From Styela clava (Eukaryota): DNA of 64,000 nucleotides. Shown one piece after another: positions 31,058 through 44,984 of this stretch. The first letter of the stretch is position 1. Each line of letters begins with the position of its first letter. The DNA is taken from contig NC_135256.1 in assembly GCF_964204865.1 (NCBI RefSeq), positions 14,198,001 through 14,262,000 of the forward strand, read 5' to 3'. The notes under the pieces were generated by a model. It searched no databases and was not told the origin of the DNA. It saw only the letters and a list, made by a program, of their open reading frames with translations. The position numbers were made by a program, and so were the translations under genes.

Positions 31058-34000
31058 ATGCCTCGAGGAAAATCAGGTATGAGTCATCCATCAGAAGTCA
31101 GTGATGCAGATCTGGAAGGATTTGGTATGTTTCTTTTTCAATATTTTTTATTAACATCATTTACTTCTTCTCACAAAATAGCCATTACCTATTAAAGAAT
31201 TTGAGGAATTAGAAATCAGAAATGGACCGAAAGATTTGCTTTTTTCAAAATGTATGAGGTGGCTGTTTGTACAGAGCTTTGTTTAGAATGGAATGCATGT
31301 AAAACGTCTTTGAAAAAATGTGAAATGGGATGAAATATTGTTTTTTTCATACTGTTACTTTCGTGGTGATTGCCTCTATGAATCAATAAGCCTTGACTAG
31401 AGTTTTGTTTAGAATGGAATGCATGTAAAACGTCTTTGAAAAAATGTGAAATGGGATGAAATATTGCATTTTTCATACTGTTACTTTCGTGGTTATTGCC
31501 TCTATGAATCAATAAGCCTTGACTAGCTTTAGATTCCACCATGTTATTATATGAACTCTCTGATTTTTTCTGATAGATCATTGTTCATAATAATTGAAAA
31601 AGTGGCATATCATTCACCATTTTCTTGCTTAATTATTAAAAATATCTGAATCTCAAATTGAGATCTAAATTTCTACGACAAAAGAATTATTGGATGTTTG
31701 GTGAATATTAAAAATTAATATTAATTCCAGCAGCAATTTCTAATTTGATTTTTTTATTTTTCCAGCGGAAACTGAGCTTGAGAAGTTGCAGAGGAAATAT
31801 AGAATTATGGAAGGAGATAGACAGGCATATGCACTTGAATCTCAAGATTTGATTAGGAGACAACTGTATGTTGCAGTTCATTTTATTTCAAAAAATTAAT
31901 AAAATGTGAAAACATTCTATAGAATGAAATTTATTATCTTATCTTCATCAAAATATTATGCTCATTTATGATTAAAATTAATTTCTTCTACCAGTGCTGA
32001 AATTGAAAAGTTACAATCAGAAAGAAGTGAATTGATGAAGGATCTAAATCTTGCTGAGAGTAAATGCAATCAAGACAAAGATAAAACTAATATCAGTGAT
32101 TTGATAAAACTTCTGGATGAGAAAGGTATGATACATTGAATTGAGTTTTCTTCATAGGATGTGTAGTTCTGGTAGAACCCTAGATTTTGTTTCCAATAAA
32201 ATTGGGAATATTTTGCAACTTGTTCAATACCATATTGCCCTTAAAAACCTCCCATTCTGGCATAAGAGTGATAAGTAATTCAAAATTAATACTGCAAAAT
32301 CAATTTAAATATATGAAATTAAAATTAGTTGCGAAGAGTATCCTAAGAACACTAATGTTCTAAGTATGGATATTCTAGGTGATTTATGGTACATTTTCTG
32401 AAACAAGTTGTTTAACTTGAAATATACATTCGAGAGCACTAACCTGGGTGCTGCACTGGGTTTGGCAGCCATCATTTGAATTAATCAGGGTTCAAAACCA
32501 CCAAGATAACTCACTCAACAGTCAACATACTTTCTAGTAAATCAATGTAAACTCATTTTGTTGTTACTATATCTATCATTCATTCATATCATATGGTAAA
32601 AAAGTATGAACGGCTTTAAAAAATAAATTTTTTAGCCAAGAAATAATTTACCAGATTTTATCTGTTGATACTGTTTTGTACTTGAAAACATGAATAAACA
32701 TGTCCTTGAAAGTTAAATCTTTCTTCAGATTTGTGTGAACAAGAAATTGAACAAGAGAGAGAAACTCAAGAAAAACTTGATGCAGAAATAAAAGAATGGG
32801 AGAAGAAAGTAAAAGATCAAAGAATAAATATGGGAGGAAACGAGGCTACAAGATGTGTTGCACAACAAACTCAAAAAAGAATGAGTGTACTAGAAGGGAG
32901 ACTTCATAGGGTATTCTATTTTATTATTATTCCAAACTAATTAGCATTTTAGCTTTCTCATAAAATTGTTTTGATCCGACTTTGATCTTAATGATGCACA
33001 AACAGAAAAGGTCAAATATCTAGAATAATGTTTTAATTCCATTTTAAGCATCTATTTCTCTGATGACATATGTAGGCTAGATACTATGACAGCCAGGAAT
33101 GGTTGAAAAGGAATGAATAGGAGCCTAAATGCTCTTCAAATTTTCCGAACCTAAATTTTGGTTTTTGGTATGTTGTGAGACTTCAATTGGTCATAATTTT
33201 AATTTCTCAAAACAATAATTTTTTACAATAACCAAGTACTTAAATTGTTTTTCTTTAAATTTCTGTATCCTGTATTCTGTATCTGCCTGCAACTTGCATA
33301 TTATCTGAATAAGTGGTTATTGTTACACTATTATTTCAAACATTATGTTTTCAGTTAACCGAACAACAAAATTGAATTTACTTCACAAAATACACAAATG
33401 ACCATTTTACAGTGAAGAATGCTATTTCATCGAACAATAATTTTAATTGAATTTATATTGAGCGTATACTTTACAATAATAATATTATGTTTTTCTATTC
33501 CCTTTTACTTTAGGCTCTGTCAAAATTTAATACTTCACTGACTAAAAATGCTACTCTCCGAGATCACATTGAAACTTTAAGGATTGAGAAAGGACGTTTC
33601 CAGCAACTACATAAAAAACTAGACAAGGTAGCTGTAGAACTCAGTTTTAATTGAATATGTGAATGCAGTTGCCAACTCTAATAGTTTATGGTGATTAAAT
33701 TTTAATTTAAGATTTCAATTCAACACCTTTGTATATTAAATGTATAAACTTCCATGTATATCCTCATTGTTTGATAGGAACTGACAGGAATCTGAGTTAT
33801 ATCTTCAATCTGTTTTTTATTTTTATTTTGTTGTTGTTATCAAGGAATTGAAAGATCTGAAAAGAGAGATTGGCCAAGTGATTGAAGCATCTACTCTTGC
33901 TTATGATCAAAGAGATGAAGCTCAGAATAAAATACTCCTATTGAGAGAGAAATCAGAGAAGGATCTTCAACAATTCAATGCTGAAATAAAGGTATATTAC

Positions 34001-37000
34001 CTGATTTATCCCAGTGGAAAGAAAAGCTTGCAAGATGGATTATTTATACATCGAACCCAGACCTCTTGTCGAGTTACCAGTCTAGGCATGTGAATCGTTG
34101 ACCAGTTAATTGTTCCAGATTTACTCATTTGTGTTAATATATAATAAGCTTCATAACTTACATTGTATTTGTAAGTTTTTTTATTTATTTGAATATTGTG
34201 GTTGTTTAGAATTAGACTCAACAATTATTTGATTTTGACTAATACAAAGTAATCCATCTTGATGCAAATGCATGATATATGTCAAAAATCTTAATTTTAA
34301 ATTCTATATAAATCATGATAGGGTTTCATAAATGCAGCTTTCAATCTTGTGGGGCCAGGGGTATAATCATGTTAGATGTGAATGACTTACGTCGTAAGGT
34401 GGTTCGTGTAACCACTTGTCACTTACGTCTTCCCGTACCATGAATACCATGTCTTTGAAATGAATAACTGGTTAACTAAACTAGTTACTTATTCCCAAAC
34501 CCGGTGGGAAACTGTTGTTTGCCATACTGTTAATTTACCTTCGCTCTTCATCATAATAAATATGAAAATCATATCTGTATCGTATTTGAAAATTTCATAA
34601 AAAGAAGTGATTTTTTTAATTATTTCAATTTCAACTAAAACTTATTGAGCGTCCCTAGATTATAGTTAAGTTTTATTGCTTTGTTATTAGGAACTACAAA
34701 GAGTGATTGATCATGATAAGACTCTTCGTGAATTCATGATGGTGAAGGGAATAACAAGAAGTACGGAAGATGGAATGCTAGATAGAAAAGGTAAGACTGA
34801 TTTACTAATTCAGTTTTCTTCATTAAATTCGCCGTTACTTAAATTTTCTTTGTATTTTTTAGGAAAAGAAATGAAAAAGAGAGGAGATGGAAGAAAAAGT
34901 ATTGAATCATATGAAAATGCGTTCAGAGAAATTGAAGAAATCACTGGACAGACTGATATTGATGCTCTTGTAGCCAAGTTCATACAAGGTATATTTTGTG
35001 AATCTTTGATGTATTTTTTGAGGGAACATACTTTTGAGGCCTATTGGATAACCTAGTCCAGTGGCTCCCAACTTCCAATGATTTTCATCGTTTCACCGTG
35101 AAATACATTTCATTCAATTTACTTTAATTAATGTAGTCATCGTGAATGGGACCTTGGGAAAGCTTTTTCTCATGGCCCACCATCTGTGCCCCCCTGGAGT
35201 AGCTATTTGGCGAAACCCTGCCTAAGTCAACTTCATCATGACCCCCTTTTATAATTTCTTCGTATTTAGAATTTTTAAACATCCTTAACTATATTTTACA
35301 CCTATAAAAAGCAATGCTGTTGTGTTATTCATTTATCTCTATAATTTTTCTCTCAAACGATTCAATTTCATACTATTAATGTACAGTGGAGGACAACAAT
35401 TTTGCACTCTTCAATTACGTAAATGAACAGAATAATGAAATTGAAAGACTTCATGATGCGATTGAGCAGGTCAGTTGATAACAAATAGGGAAAATTAATA
35501 TGGCATTGAATATAGCATCATTTTTGTTTTCAATAATATTTTCTACATAATGAATTTCGTTTTTCCAAAAAGTCACCATAGTTATATTTACATTAACAGT
35601 ACGATTTTATGTATCTTTTAGTCAATTGTCATCTTTATACAAGATATTCATTTTATAACAAATGATAATATGTGATAAATATGATAAAAATTGTATGATA
35701 AAATTTTATAAAAACTTAACTTGCGGACATGACTGGCCACATTCACATCAGTAAATGATCTTAGCTAAGCAGCGAATTTTCAAGAAAGATCAAAGTACAA
35801 ACTTGACAGAATGTCTCATGGTTGTGAATATACGCAAAACAAGCTCACCTTGGGTGAAATATCAGGCCTCAATGGGGCTCAAGAAAATTTGAAATAAAAA
35901 AAAAGAAATAGACTTCTAGCAACTTCTGCCATATTTAAGTACTGTACCAACGTTTATGACATAACAATATCATTGGGTAGTTCACTTCTCCAAACTTGTC
36001 TTGTACCAGGTGGGGGGTACCTCTTCTGGGGGTACATGTAGCAAAAGGGGTCCCAGCTTTTTTTTTCTAGGTAGGCCTATACGAAAATTAGATGCTATTT
36101 TGTAGTTATTTTATCCCACATACAATTCTGTTTGGAACACAAAATTTTATCGGCTTAAGTTAGCTACCACAGAAAAACAGAAAAGCATTAGTGAGAGAAT
36201 ATCCACTTTATGTCCAATAACTTTCTGGGAATAGTCAGACCAGGTTTTGAAGTAATAAATAATTCACTAATCCTAGATGTGTACTATTTTTCTTGACAAC
36301 TATTTTTATATTATTTTGTAATTCAGATTCTTAAAAACATCCATGGATTTGAAAGTGAAGGAGATCAAATGGAATCAGAAAGAGCAGAAATATTGAGAGA
36401 TCTCGAGCATTCAATATCTGTTGCTTCAAAAGAATCAGAACACAGCAAGAAACAACTCACAAATACTCTCAAGATACTAGATCAACTTAAAAGAGGTAAA
36501 AATTACATTAATAAATATTAGACATCATTGAATACAAAAAATGCAAATTTCTTTCTTTTAAGTTTGAATCGGTAAGTAATGTATATGTGTGCAGATTGCC
36601 CATCTTTAGTTATTCAGTAGTGATTTATTACCTAAATTAGTTACTTCATGTTTGATTCATGTGTCTAGCCTTTTACCTATTTTCCAAGATGACTTTTTCC
36701 CTAACCCTTGACCCCAGGAAATTGTTTGCTATACTTAACCATCGCAAAATTTTTAATGCTCAATTTGAGAATGATTTCATTAGTTACCTACTTGTTTCAT
36801 ATTCATCATTTTGATTTGAAAAAATTATTTTTAGACTAGTTTTTCACAGCTTTTTATGAACTTATTTTTGATTACTGCAACTAAACTAAAACTCCTAGGA
36901 AAACAAAATAACAATTGATTTATTCCGAAATTTCATAAAACTGACAAATATCGAGCTAAGGCATGTACACAAAGATGCTTGAAAATCTGTCCTGTTATGT

Positions 37001-40000
37001 CACTGCTGATGTTTTGAAGATAAGCAAATATCATGGAAACAAACAAACAAGTTGATGTTCAGGAAACATAAAAAATAAATAAATATTATTTAAATATTGA
37101 AAAAAAAAAAAAATTTGATAACTTCAACTTCAAAATTATTACATTGGGGGTAGTTGACTCTGATGATCGTATGGTTGTATCGCTCCCCCTTCTACCTCTC
37201 TCTGGGGTATTTTAGTTTCTAGTCTCACCGTTTTGGTCATTCCTCCTTATGATGATCCCAATTTATACCAGAAGCTTCCATAAACCCAATCTTCTTTCTC
37301 ATTTTATTCACTATATCTTATTAAATAAAAATTTTATTTCTCAGGGATTTCTTCCATTTTCAACAAGATTGGTTGCGATAACCAAGCACTCAGTGATTTA
37401 CTGGGAAGTGCAGAAGGTGTTAAGGATGACAATATGATGCAATACCTTGGTTTGGTCGAACAAAGAGCAAATGAATTACTTGCTGCACAGGCATATATAG
37501 ATTCCCAGGTAAAGATGGGTAATACCATATATCCTCCATTCATTTGAGTGTGATCAGAGTTATGTGTGTATTGGCAATTTTTTTTTGAGTTTTGAACTCT
37601 CCTTATAGACGAGGAATTCGAGGATATATGGTACTTCAAAATATAAATGATATGATGATGGTTTATAAGGTATCGTGTTATAAATAAATTGATTTGAATT
37701 ATTGAATTATCCAATTAACTAAGGCTGTGAGGAAAATCAAAACTCTGCTCAAAACAGCGAACCACTCGAAAAATGACATGCTGAAGTCCAGCGCCACGGC
37801 TCTGTTAACCCATAGCTCATACATCTGGGGTGTTGAACTGTTTAGCCATTCCCTCAACTGCCCCTTCATCCAGTAGCAAAAAAAGAACTGTAGATACTTT
37901 GTAGAAGTCTTCTACTTCAAATATCTACATAGAAGAACAAGACTTATCAAAAAAGATTTTTAAATTATGTTTATTTCCTGATCATGAATAATTGGCATCA
38001 CTGTATTATTCCTTATTCATAACTTTCCCTTTTGTTTATTTTGTTGTCATTATTATTCTAAACTCAGTGTACAAATTCTTATGTTTTTGATTTGTTTAGG
38101 ACTTTGAAAAGCCTTACGATGCACAAGAGAGAGCTCGAATGCTACTAGGACAAAGTCCATCAACTCCTGTTCCACCTTTGCTCATTGCACCTCCATCTAC
38201 TGGGTAAATTTTAATTTCTTGGAAGTAATTCTTCTTGGAATTACTTTTTATCTGTTATGCAGGGACGTGCCAAACTTTTTTGCTGCCCAGGGCGAGTTTT
38301 TGATGATGCCCCTTATACCTAACTTAATTGAGAAATATAGGAAAATAAAATTGAGAAAACAATTAAGAAAAATAATTCAGGGGATGAACTAGTTATATGT
38401 TGTTATACATGAGAATAAATTATTTAATTAAAGGTCAAGTCAAAATGAAATGTTTGTATTATTAATTAATAATTTAATTATAATTAAATCATCAAAATTA
38501 AGCAACATACTCATACGTATAAGATCAAATTCATTCATTTTCTGCATCTACAACATGTTGCATGGGGCAGCTGCCGCTATGGCCCTCTCCTAGGCCCCTG
38601 CCCCTCCCTGCTGTTATGTCATAGATATTCATTTGAAATTCGACAACTCCCCTTCCATCTACATAGTTTAGAAGCGGTCGCTTGTCACTTTTTACTCTTT
38701 TATTGGGGATTTTTCCATTATTAGAATGAAACATCTTAACATTGTCTTGTCAAACTTGCATGACAAATAAAATAGTATTCCTCAGTACCTACTTTTTTTT
38801 TTTTATAAATTATGGATAAATCACTTGCTCTTCATAATTTTATATCATGTTCAAGTTTACAAAGCATGCGACAATCATCAAAGTGAATATTAATTTGAAG
38901 CAAGCCATAAAATACTGGTTAAGAAATCAAAAAGGGTCAATTTGAGGCATTGATGAGTGTAAGATTTAGATAATAATCCAGATGCAGAGTGTCTTAAAAT
39001 ATGTATGAGTAGTTTTGATTGCTAGTGACTTTAAAAAGCTTAGATCAGGGTTTCCCAAACTGTGGTCCGCTGACCCCTGGGGGTTCGAGATGACTGATGA
39101 GTTTGGTCCACGGCCCAAAAAGTTTGGGAAACCCTGTCTTAGATTATATTCAGTTACCAAAATGAGCAGTTTGTCAGTTTTAGTTGTATTTGTTCATTCA
39201 CAGTGATTTGAGACAAAGAGCTAAAAGAAACAAACTGTTAGCCAATGTATTGGAAATGAAGTAAGTTTTATTTAGATGTTTTCTGACAGGTTTTTAACGT
39301 CATTACAGTAGATTTTGAGTGTTTTGAAACTTTGTTATAGATGGGTCATCAGGCAGTTGCGGGTACAGTAGCTCACTTTTTTTCTATCAGTTGCATGAGT
39401 GTCAAAAAACAGTAAAGATTCGAATTCATTTAAATGTGTCCTGGATGGTTGAATGTTTCGAACAATAATCGTTTAGTCAGATCACAATTTCATTAACTCT
39501 AGTAATATTATGGTTTCAGCATGCATTCCAAGTCAATATTTTAAATTCGTTATATACCACATTTTTCAAACCAAAAGGCGCACTAACAAAGACGCACTTT
39601 GAATTTTTCCATTTTTCTCAAAATGCAATTGTGCCTCTTATGAGCCAGAGCGCCTCATGCAGTGCTTCATGGTTTATTGCCTACACTCAAAACCAGTACC
39701 AGTACTATTGATTTATAAACAAACAGCTGTTTTACGTTATTTTTTTTTGAAAAATGAAAAATACAATAACCATAAAAATACTTAACGGTACTTGTTTTTT
39801 TTCGCCCAGAACCAAAACCTAACAAATTTCCGGTACGTAAAGTACAGTATATATAGGCATACACAATACCATAATTAGCGCCATTAAATTTTATTTAATA
39901 AAAAATCTAAAATTTCGAACCAGGTCTAGTTTAGATATCAGCCTGGCTCCAATCTTTCTTGTTGCCAGACAAGGGGAGAGGAAATAAGTCTGGAATCAAA

Positions 40001-40827
40001 GGATTTGTGAGAATTCTAACTTGTTTTAGTTCTCATACCATGACTTATTTTTCTCAATATGGGGTCACTGCTTAAAAGTCTATATACATCCATCCATATG
40101 TATTGCTTATTGGGGAAATTATGTACCAATTTTCAGTTACCGGTACATTTCACTGTTATATGCCTACTCATATGTTAACTTTTAATGTTTTAGAGAGGAG
40201 TATGATAGTGAGGAGATGGAAGCAATGAGTGACGAAGAGAGTAGACCGTTCACACAAGAGGAACTCAAAAATAGAATCATGAAAGCGGTAAGTTTAATTT
40301 TCCTAACTTTGTAATGCTTGTTCTTGGTGATTTTTTTCTGGTACCCAACATGGACTGGTAACTAGGCGAGAGGCCGTGGTTCACAACTTATTAACTTTCT
40401 TTTCCACCAGGATAAATATTTTTTTCTCTTTAACTACTGGACCAATTGCTTTGAACTTTTCAGTGGTTAAAGATTGCTGTTGTTGCTAGAAAGCTATTTC
40501 TCTTATTTATTTCAAAAATTTCTGGGGGCTCTCTGGAATTCGTTTTTCACTTTAACTTTTTGTTTGTTGACATCATCAAAATTATAAAATTCGTGATCGT
40601 GGTGATTTTGTAGGCAGCCTACCGGAACTCTAAAGGATTTGATGATACTTCGTGTTTTTTCTTTGTGTCCATATATTTAAGCAATGCTCTCTTGTTTTGT
40701 GTAATATTCCCTCCAGGGTATTACAACCTATTTAAAACATTCCATATATTTTCAGGTTTTGAAGAAGGAAGCAGCTGCTGCTAAAAAGGGTTTTAGATAT
40801 GACCTGTCAGCAGCAAAGAAAAAGTAA
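31058..40827 (+). CDS. ODAD1: Outer dynein arm docking complex subunit 1 (ODAD1/CCDC114-CCDC63 family), 14 coding exons, 550 aa
   Basis: Exons 31058-31124, 31766-31865, 31995-32125, 32729-32910, 33514-33627, 33845-33991, 34691-34790, 34863-34988, 35387-35469, 36327-36495, 37345-37508, 38100-38203, 40194-40287, 40756-40827 (1653 nt, phases consistent). Coiled-coil protein with ELEKLQRKYRIMEGDRQAY, LEGRLHRALSKFN..KNATLR, STLAYDQRDEAQ, EDNNFALFNYVNEQNNEIE, NMMQYLGLVEQRANELL, RPFTQEELK; X-box upstream. ODAD1 versus CCDC63 cannot be resolved without a tree. Confidence 0.9.
31275..31526. repeat. Near-perfect 126-bp tandem duplication in ODAD1 coding intron 1
   Basis: GTTTAGAATGGAATGCATG starts at 31281 and 31407; the copies differ at only a few bases. 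Confidence 0.92.
35059..35220. mobile_element. Degenerate short hAT MITE
   Basis: Ends CAGTGGCTCCCAA / TTGGCGAAACCCTG, flanked by ACCTAGTC / CCTAAGTC. Confidence 0.5.
38260..38610. mobile_element. hAT-type MITE
   Basis: Ends CAGGGACGTGC / GCCCCTCCCTG; perfect 8-bp TSD CTGTTATG at 38252-38259 and 38611-38618. Confidence 0.82.
39046..39136. mobile_element. 91-bp hAT MITE
   Basis: Perfect TIR CAGGGTTTCCCAAACT / AGTTTGGGAAACCCTG; TSD GCTTAGAT / TCTTAGAT. Confidence 0.9.
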
Positions 40828-42151
40828 CAAATCTGCTCATTTATCAATGAAGAGATAAAGTTGTTAATTTTATAGTCAATCCAAAGTATATCATTGAAAT
40901 TTTGTATCATATAACTCGAACCAAAAGTATTCCTCAAAATTAAAAGCGTATCGTTTTGTATTGGACATTATTTTAATTCAGTAACATTAAAAATGATATG
41001 TCCAAAATTCCAGTCAACAAAAACTGAAAATTTAGATTCAATGGTTTTTGAAAGCTTTGTCCGAATTAGATTGTTTTAATATATAATCAGAATAAGTTTT
41101 TAAATCACTACCGTAATAGCTCTCCATCATAAAAGCATTAGTCTTGTTAATCAGAACAAATACATATAAAAAATTCATGTTGCAATTGCAATAATAGGGA
41201 CAACATTGGCAATTTACTCATCAATAACATTTTCTAATCTCATCGGTCTGTAAATTCTGTTTTGATATTTTTTTGTTCGTACTATAAATACTATATATTA
41301 TTTGTGGTTTTACCTATATAGTTGATATATCATATAATCTTCCTAAATTAGCTAGCTGCATTAATTGCCTTGTTCTTCAATCATTAGAGGCTTTTGTAAT
41401 ATACTTTCTGTGTATAAGAAATACCCAAATACCTGAGCTACCAATACTTATTATTATATACAGGATGCAAATCTTACCACAATACAATTACCTATGAGAG
41501 ATGCCTATCTAGGAATAATTTCACATTCAGAGTGCCTTTGTATAGAATATTCTATATTATTCCTTTTTATGAAAAAGTTGTGATACATTATCATTATCAT
41601 ATTGTAAAACAAATTTGATATTCTCAAAAAAATTTCTTCTTAAAAAAACTTTTTGGAGCAATGCTATTTTGTGTCAATCTTTTTTGAATCATTCTTTTAT
41701 ATTTCGGATCGCTTGTTAAATAAGTTCTTGTTTTATGATTAATTTCTGTCGACCAGTTGTAGTATTCTGATTAAGATTTACTAGCAATATATATTCTTTT
41801 TAGAGTCTTATTCTATCGCAGTATCTTGGACGATTGAGCAATATATTCCATGGGTTGTTGTGCTATATTTTTTACTGCTATACGGTTTTTCAGTAATTAG
41901 ACTTCTAGTTTTTTACGTTGAAGTTTAGATGTTTTGTTATAGATAATCAACCACTGTTGTTGTTAATAAAAGGTGTTAGCACATGTGCCGTTTTGTACTC
42001 TATTGGCAACAATATTTTGGGACACCAGGATGCATATGTTAGGTTTATCAATGACTGATCCCATATAGACTGATTCATGATAGTAACATGCTTTATGGCA
42101 ATAGCAACAATCCGTGGCAAAAATTCGCTTGTTTTCGTAAAATTGGTGCTC

Positions 42152-42480
42152 GGTGGTGTGGCGCATCGTGCTAAAAGCGTTACGAATACGCTTGCCATCG
42201 CAGCTCTGGTTACCTTGCGTGCGTTCGCAGGTTCAAATCCCGTGTGGGGTAATTATGTGCGCGAGGATTGCTCTACACCTCGTCGCCGTAGGGTAGTTCA
42301 CGTAACCGCTGGTCGGCCACGGCTTCCTCCGCCATCCGTGTCCATGTATCTCAAGCAAATACCCGACTAACTTATCCCATTCCCGACATGGACTGGTAAC
42401 CGGACAGAGGCGTGGTTCGCCGTATGAATAGGTCGTGTTGTCGGCCTTCCTCTCCCTCGGGATATCATATGTAAGTTCTA
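42152..42480 (+). mobile_element. tRNA-derived SINE (near full-length); diverged fragments at ~34350-34575 and ~40345-40418
   Basis: A-box TGGCGCATCGTG, B-box GGTTCAAATCC; homologous to 30127-30333 (reverse). The 3' motif ACATGGACTGGTAAC..GAGGCGTGGTTC recurs at about 40348. Confidence 0.85.
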
Positions 42481-43399
42481 AAATGCTTTATTAATCGCAA
42501 TTGGTTGGTTAATTGGTTCAGCAAAATGTTGAAGTATGTGTGTGGATTTCGAGGTAAAGGAAACAGTCGGAATAATAGGTAATGAAATTAGTTTTGTTGT
42601 GATGATGGGGTGAAATTTAATACTTAGACAGCTAAAAGAATGGATATAGATGACGAATTTAAAAAAAACTCCTTTGCCCAGATTGGATACTATAAAAAAT
42701 ATAGATTTCATCATGCGAATCAATAGCGAATGTAGTTCTAACTCCCATCCGACTCAAAACATTAAAACTGTAATTTGAAAATTTCTTTTCTACTTTTCTT
42801 TCAATTTGCCCTTATATTTCCATAAACATATTTTCGCAAATATTTCTAATTTCTTTTTCAAATAAACGTTTTCACAAAACTTGTTGAAGATTTTCATTCT
42901 GGGAACCACTCATTTTCCATCATGCAGTATCATTTGATTAATTGTCAATTTTTATTATTATTAGTTTTATTATATTAATATTATTATTAGTTCGAAATTA
43001 TTTCCCCTCTTATTTTTCGTGTCAGAATTTAGTCATATGTTTTCTATTTATTCTATATTTATGTCTATATATCTATTATATCTATGTACGTTGTCCGCAT
43101 AGGGTGATCCATGTTTTCACTCTAAGACGAGCCAGGACGCAGGGATTATCATATTTATCAAAAACAATTTATACTGTTCAAACCAAACTAGACTAGACCA
43201 TAAGAAATCCGCTTATCCGCCTATTGGAAAGTCGAAAAAGTTTTGCATAGAAACCTTAAGAGTGGAATAGTCTCGCCGGGATTAAAGGAGAATCACAACT
43301 TTGTGGTTTGGGTAATGATAGGCATAAGTAAACTGAGTATAAAAAGAGAACATTTCGATATAATTTTTTAATTAATTCGATAAGGAGTTCGAAACGAGA

Positions 43400-43970
43400 G
43401 AAAGTTGTATATACGACGCTAGTCATGCGTGGGCCTTATTACACAGAAAACGAGAGAAATGAAAAAGGAAGCTTCTCGTTCCATTGTCAATCCACAGTCA
43501 TCCGTTCACACGCGTCTAGACGCTCGGCGGGTGCGTTCGAATCTTTTCGCGTCGGCGTTTTTTGTTTCTGTTGTTGTTATTTATTTATGTTAATGATGAT
43601 AGTTTCCTAGATAGTTTTAGCGATAATTCACTCAAAGTAATCTCATTTTGATTACACATATACTTGTTGCGGATTTTGTTTGTGGACCAGTTTTAAATTA
43701 ATAGTCTCTTCGTTCAAAATTGGTTATTTTGGAAACTCGCAACGTAGTTGGCGACTTGGCCTCATCATTATCAAAATTTAATGCCAAATAAGTAAATCCA
43801 CAAAGTATCAATTTACTTTAATCTTTTTGTTTGTGCCGCATCCTTTTCACTCGTGCATTCGAGCGAGTTCGTGGGATGGGAAGCGGAAAATTACATAAAA
43901 ATGTACGCAATTCAACCCGAACCGCATTCGGGAGTTCATAATTCGCAATGCTTGTGATATAAGCGTAAGC
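43400..43970 (+). promoter_or_regulatory. Putative NUAK promoter / non-coding first exon
   Basis: CpG-rich patch about 1 kb upstream of the acceptor at 44911-44912; candidate donors GTAAAT (~43792) and GTAAGC (~43965). Confidence 0.4.
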
Positions 43971-44984
43971 AATGATAGCTTTTATGCCACATGTCTTATG
44001 GTATAATAATTATGAATACCACATATTACGCATTCATTATTAATGGAAATTATTATTTTTTTCATAAATGTGGTAACTGAAAGAACACAATATGCATTTT
44101 TAAACAGTAATTCGTCAAAGTTACCTAACTTTAGCTCGATGTCAGTATTTTGGTATATTTGTGAAATTATAAGCGGCATTCAGACCATTTGTATTTTTTC
44201 ATATAGGCCTACTGATATAAAATGATGACTAACAGTAGTCAAACGCCTATTTGTTTCAAAAATAAGGGTAGTCTTGTTTTAATGTGTTACTATTATTAGA
44301 GTATATCTGTATACAATGACATGGTAATGGACATCTTTACCTTGACTGAGGTTGGGTTCGGGATAAATTCAATGTAGTGTTAAAACCTTTGTATACAAAC
44401 TATTTTTAGAAATAAGAAGTCAGGAATAGAGTATGATATAGTTTTTCCTAAGCCATATCTGCAGGTGTTGTTGGTTAAATTGTTTGAATTCATTTAGCAT
44501 GTGTAAGATTTCTTGAAATGTGATTTCACATTTTCAAAATTTGAGTGACTGTTATGTTGTCTAGTGGAATATACTACTACATTTGTGTATTCAGATAATA
44601 AATAAGATTTATCATGAATAGAATTCTTGCCAAGCTTGTAACTATGTTTGGAACTGTTCAGTGCTAGGAAAGTTCAGATTTTTACAATTATAGTTTTAAA
44701 ACGAAGTATGATACTAGTTTTTTGAATTCATATTATATTTGTATATTGTACTGTTGTGAGATTCATGTACACATTCAACAAAATTGGCTTTGCGTATACC
44801 AGCTGATAAACCTGTAAACTGGTCAGTTTTATGGTCAGACTTGAATTAGACAGAATGGATTCAATTACTAAACTAAATCAGATAATATTGAGTGGATTTC
44901 TTTTCCGCACAGCTATAAACAATATAATTCATCTAGCTATCTTTGAATCTTCTCTTCAACTGTTTAATACATTACCTGACCCAA

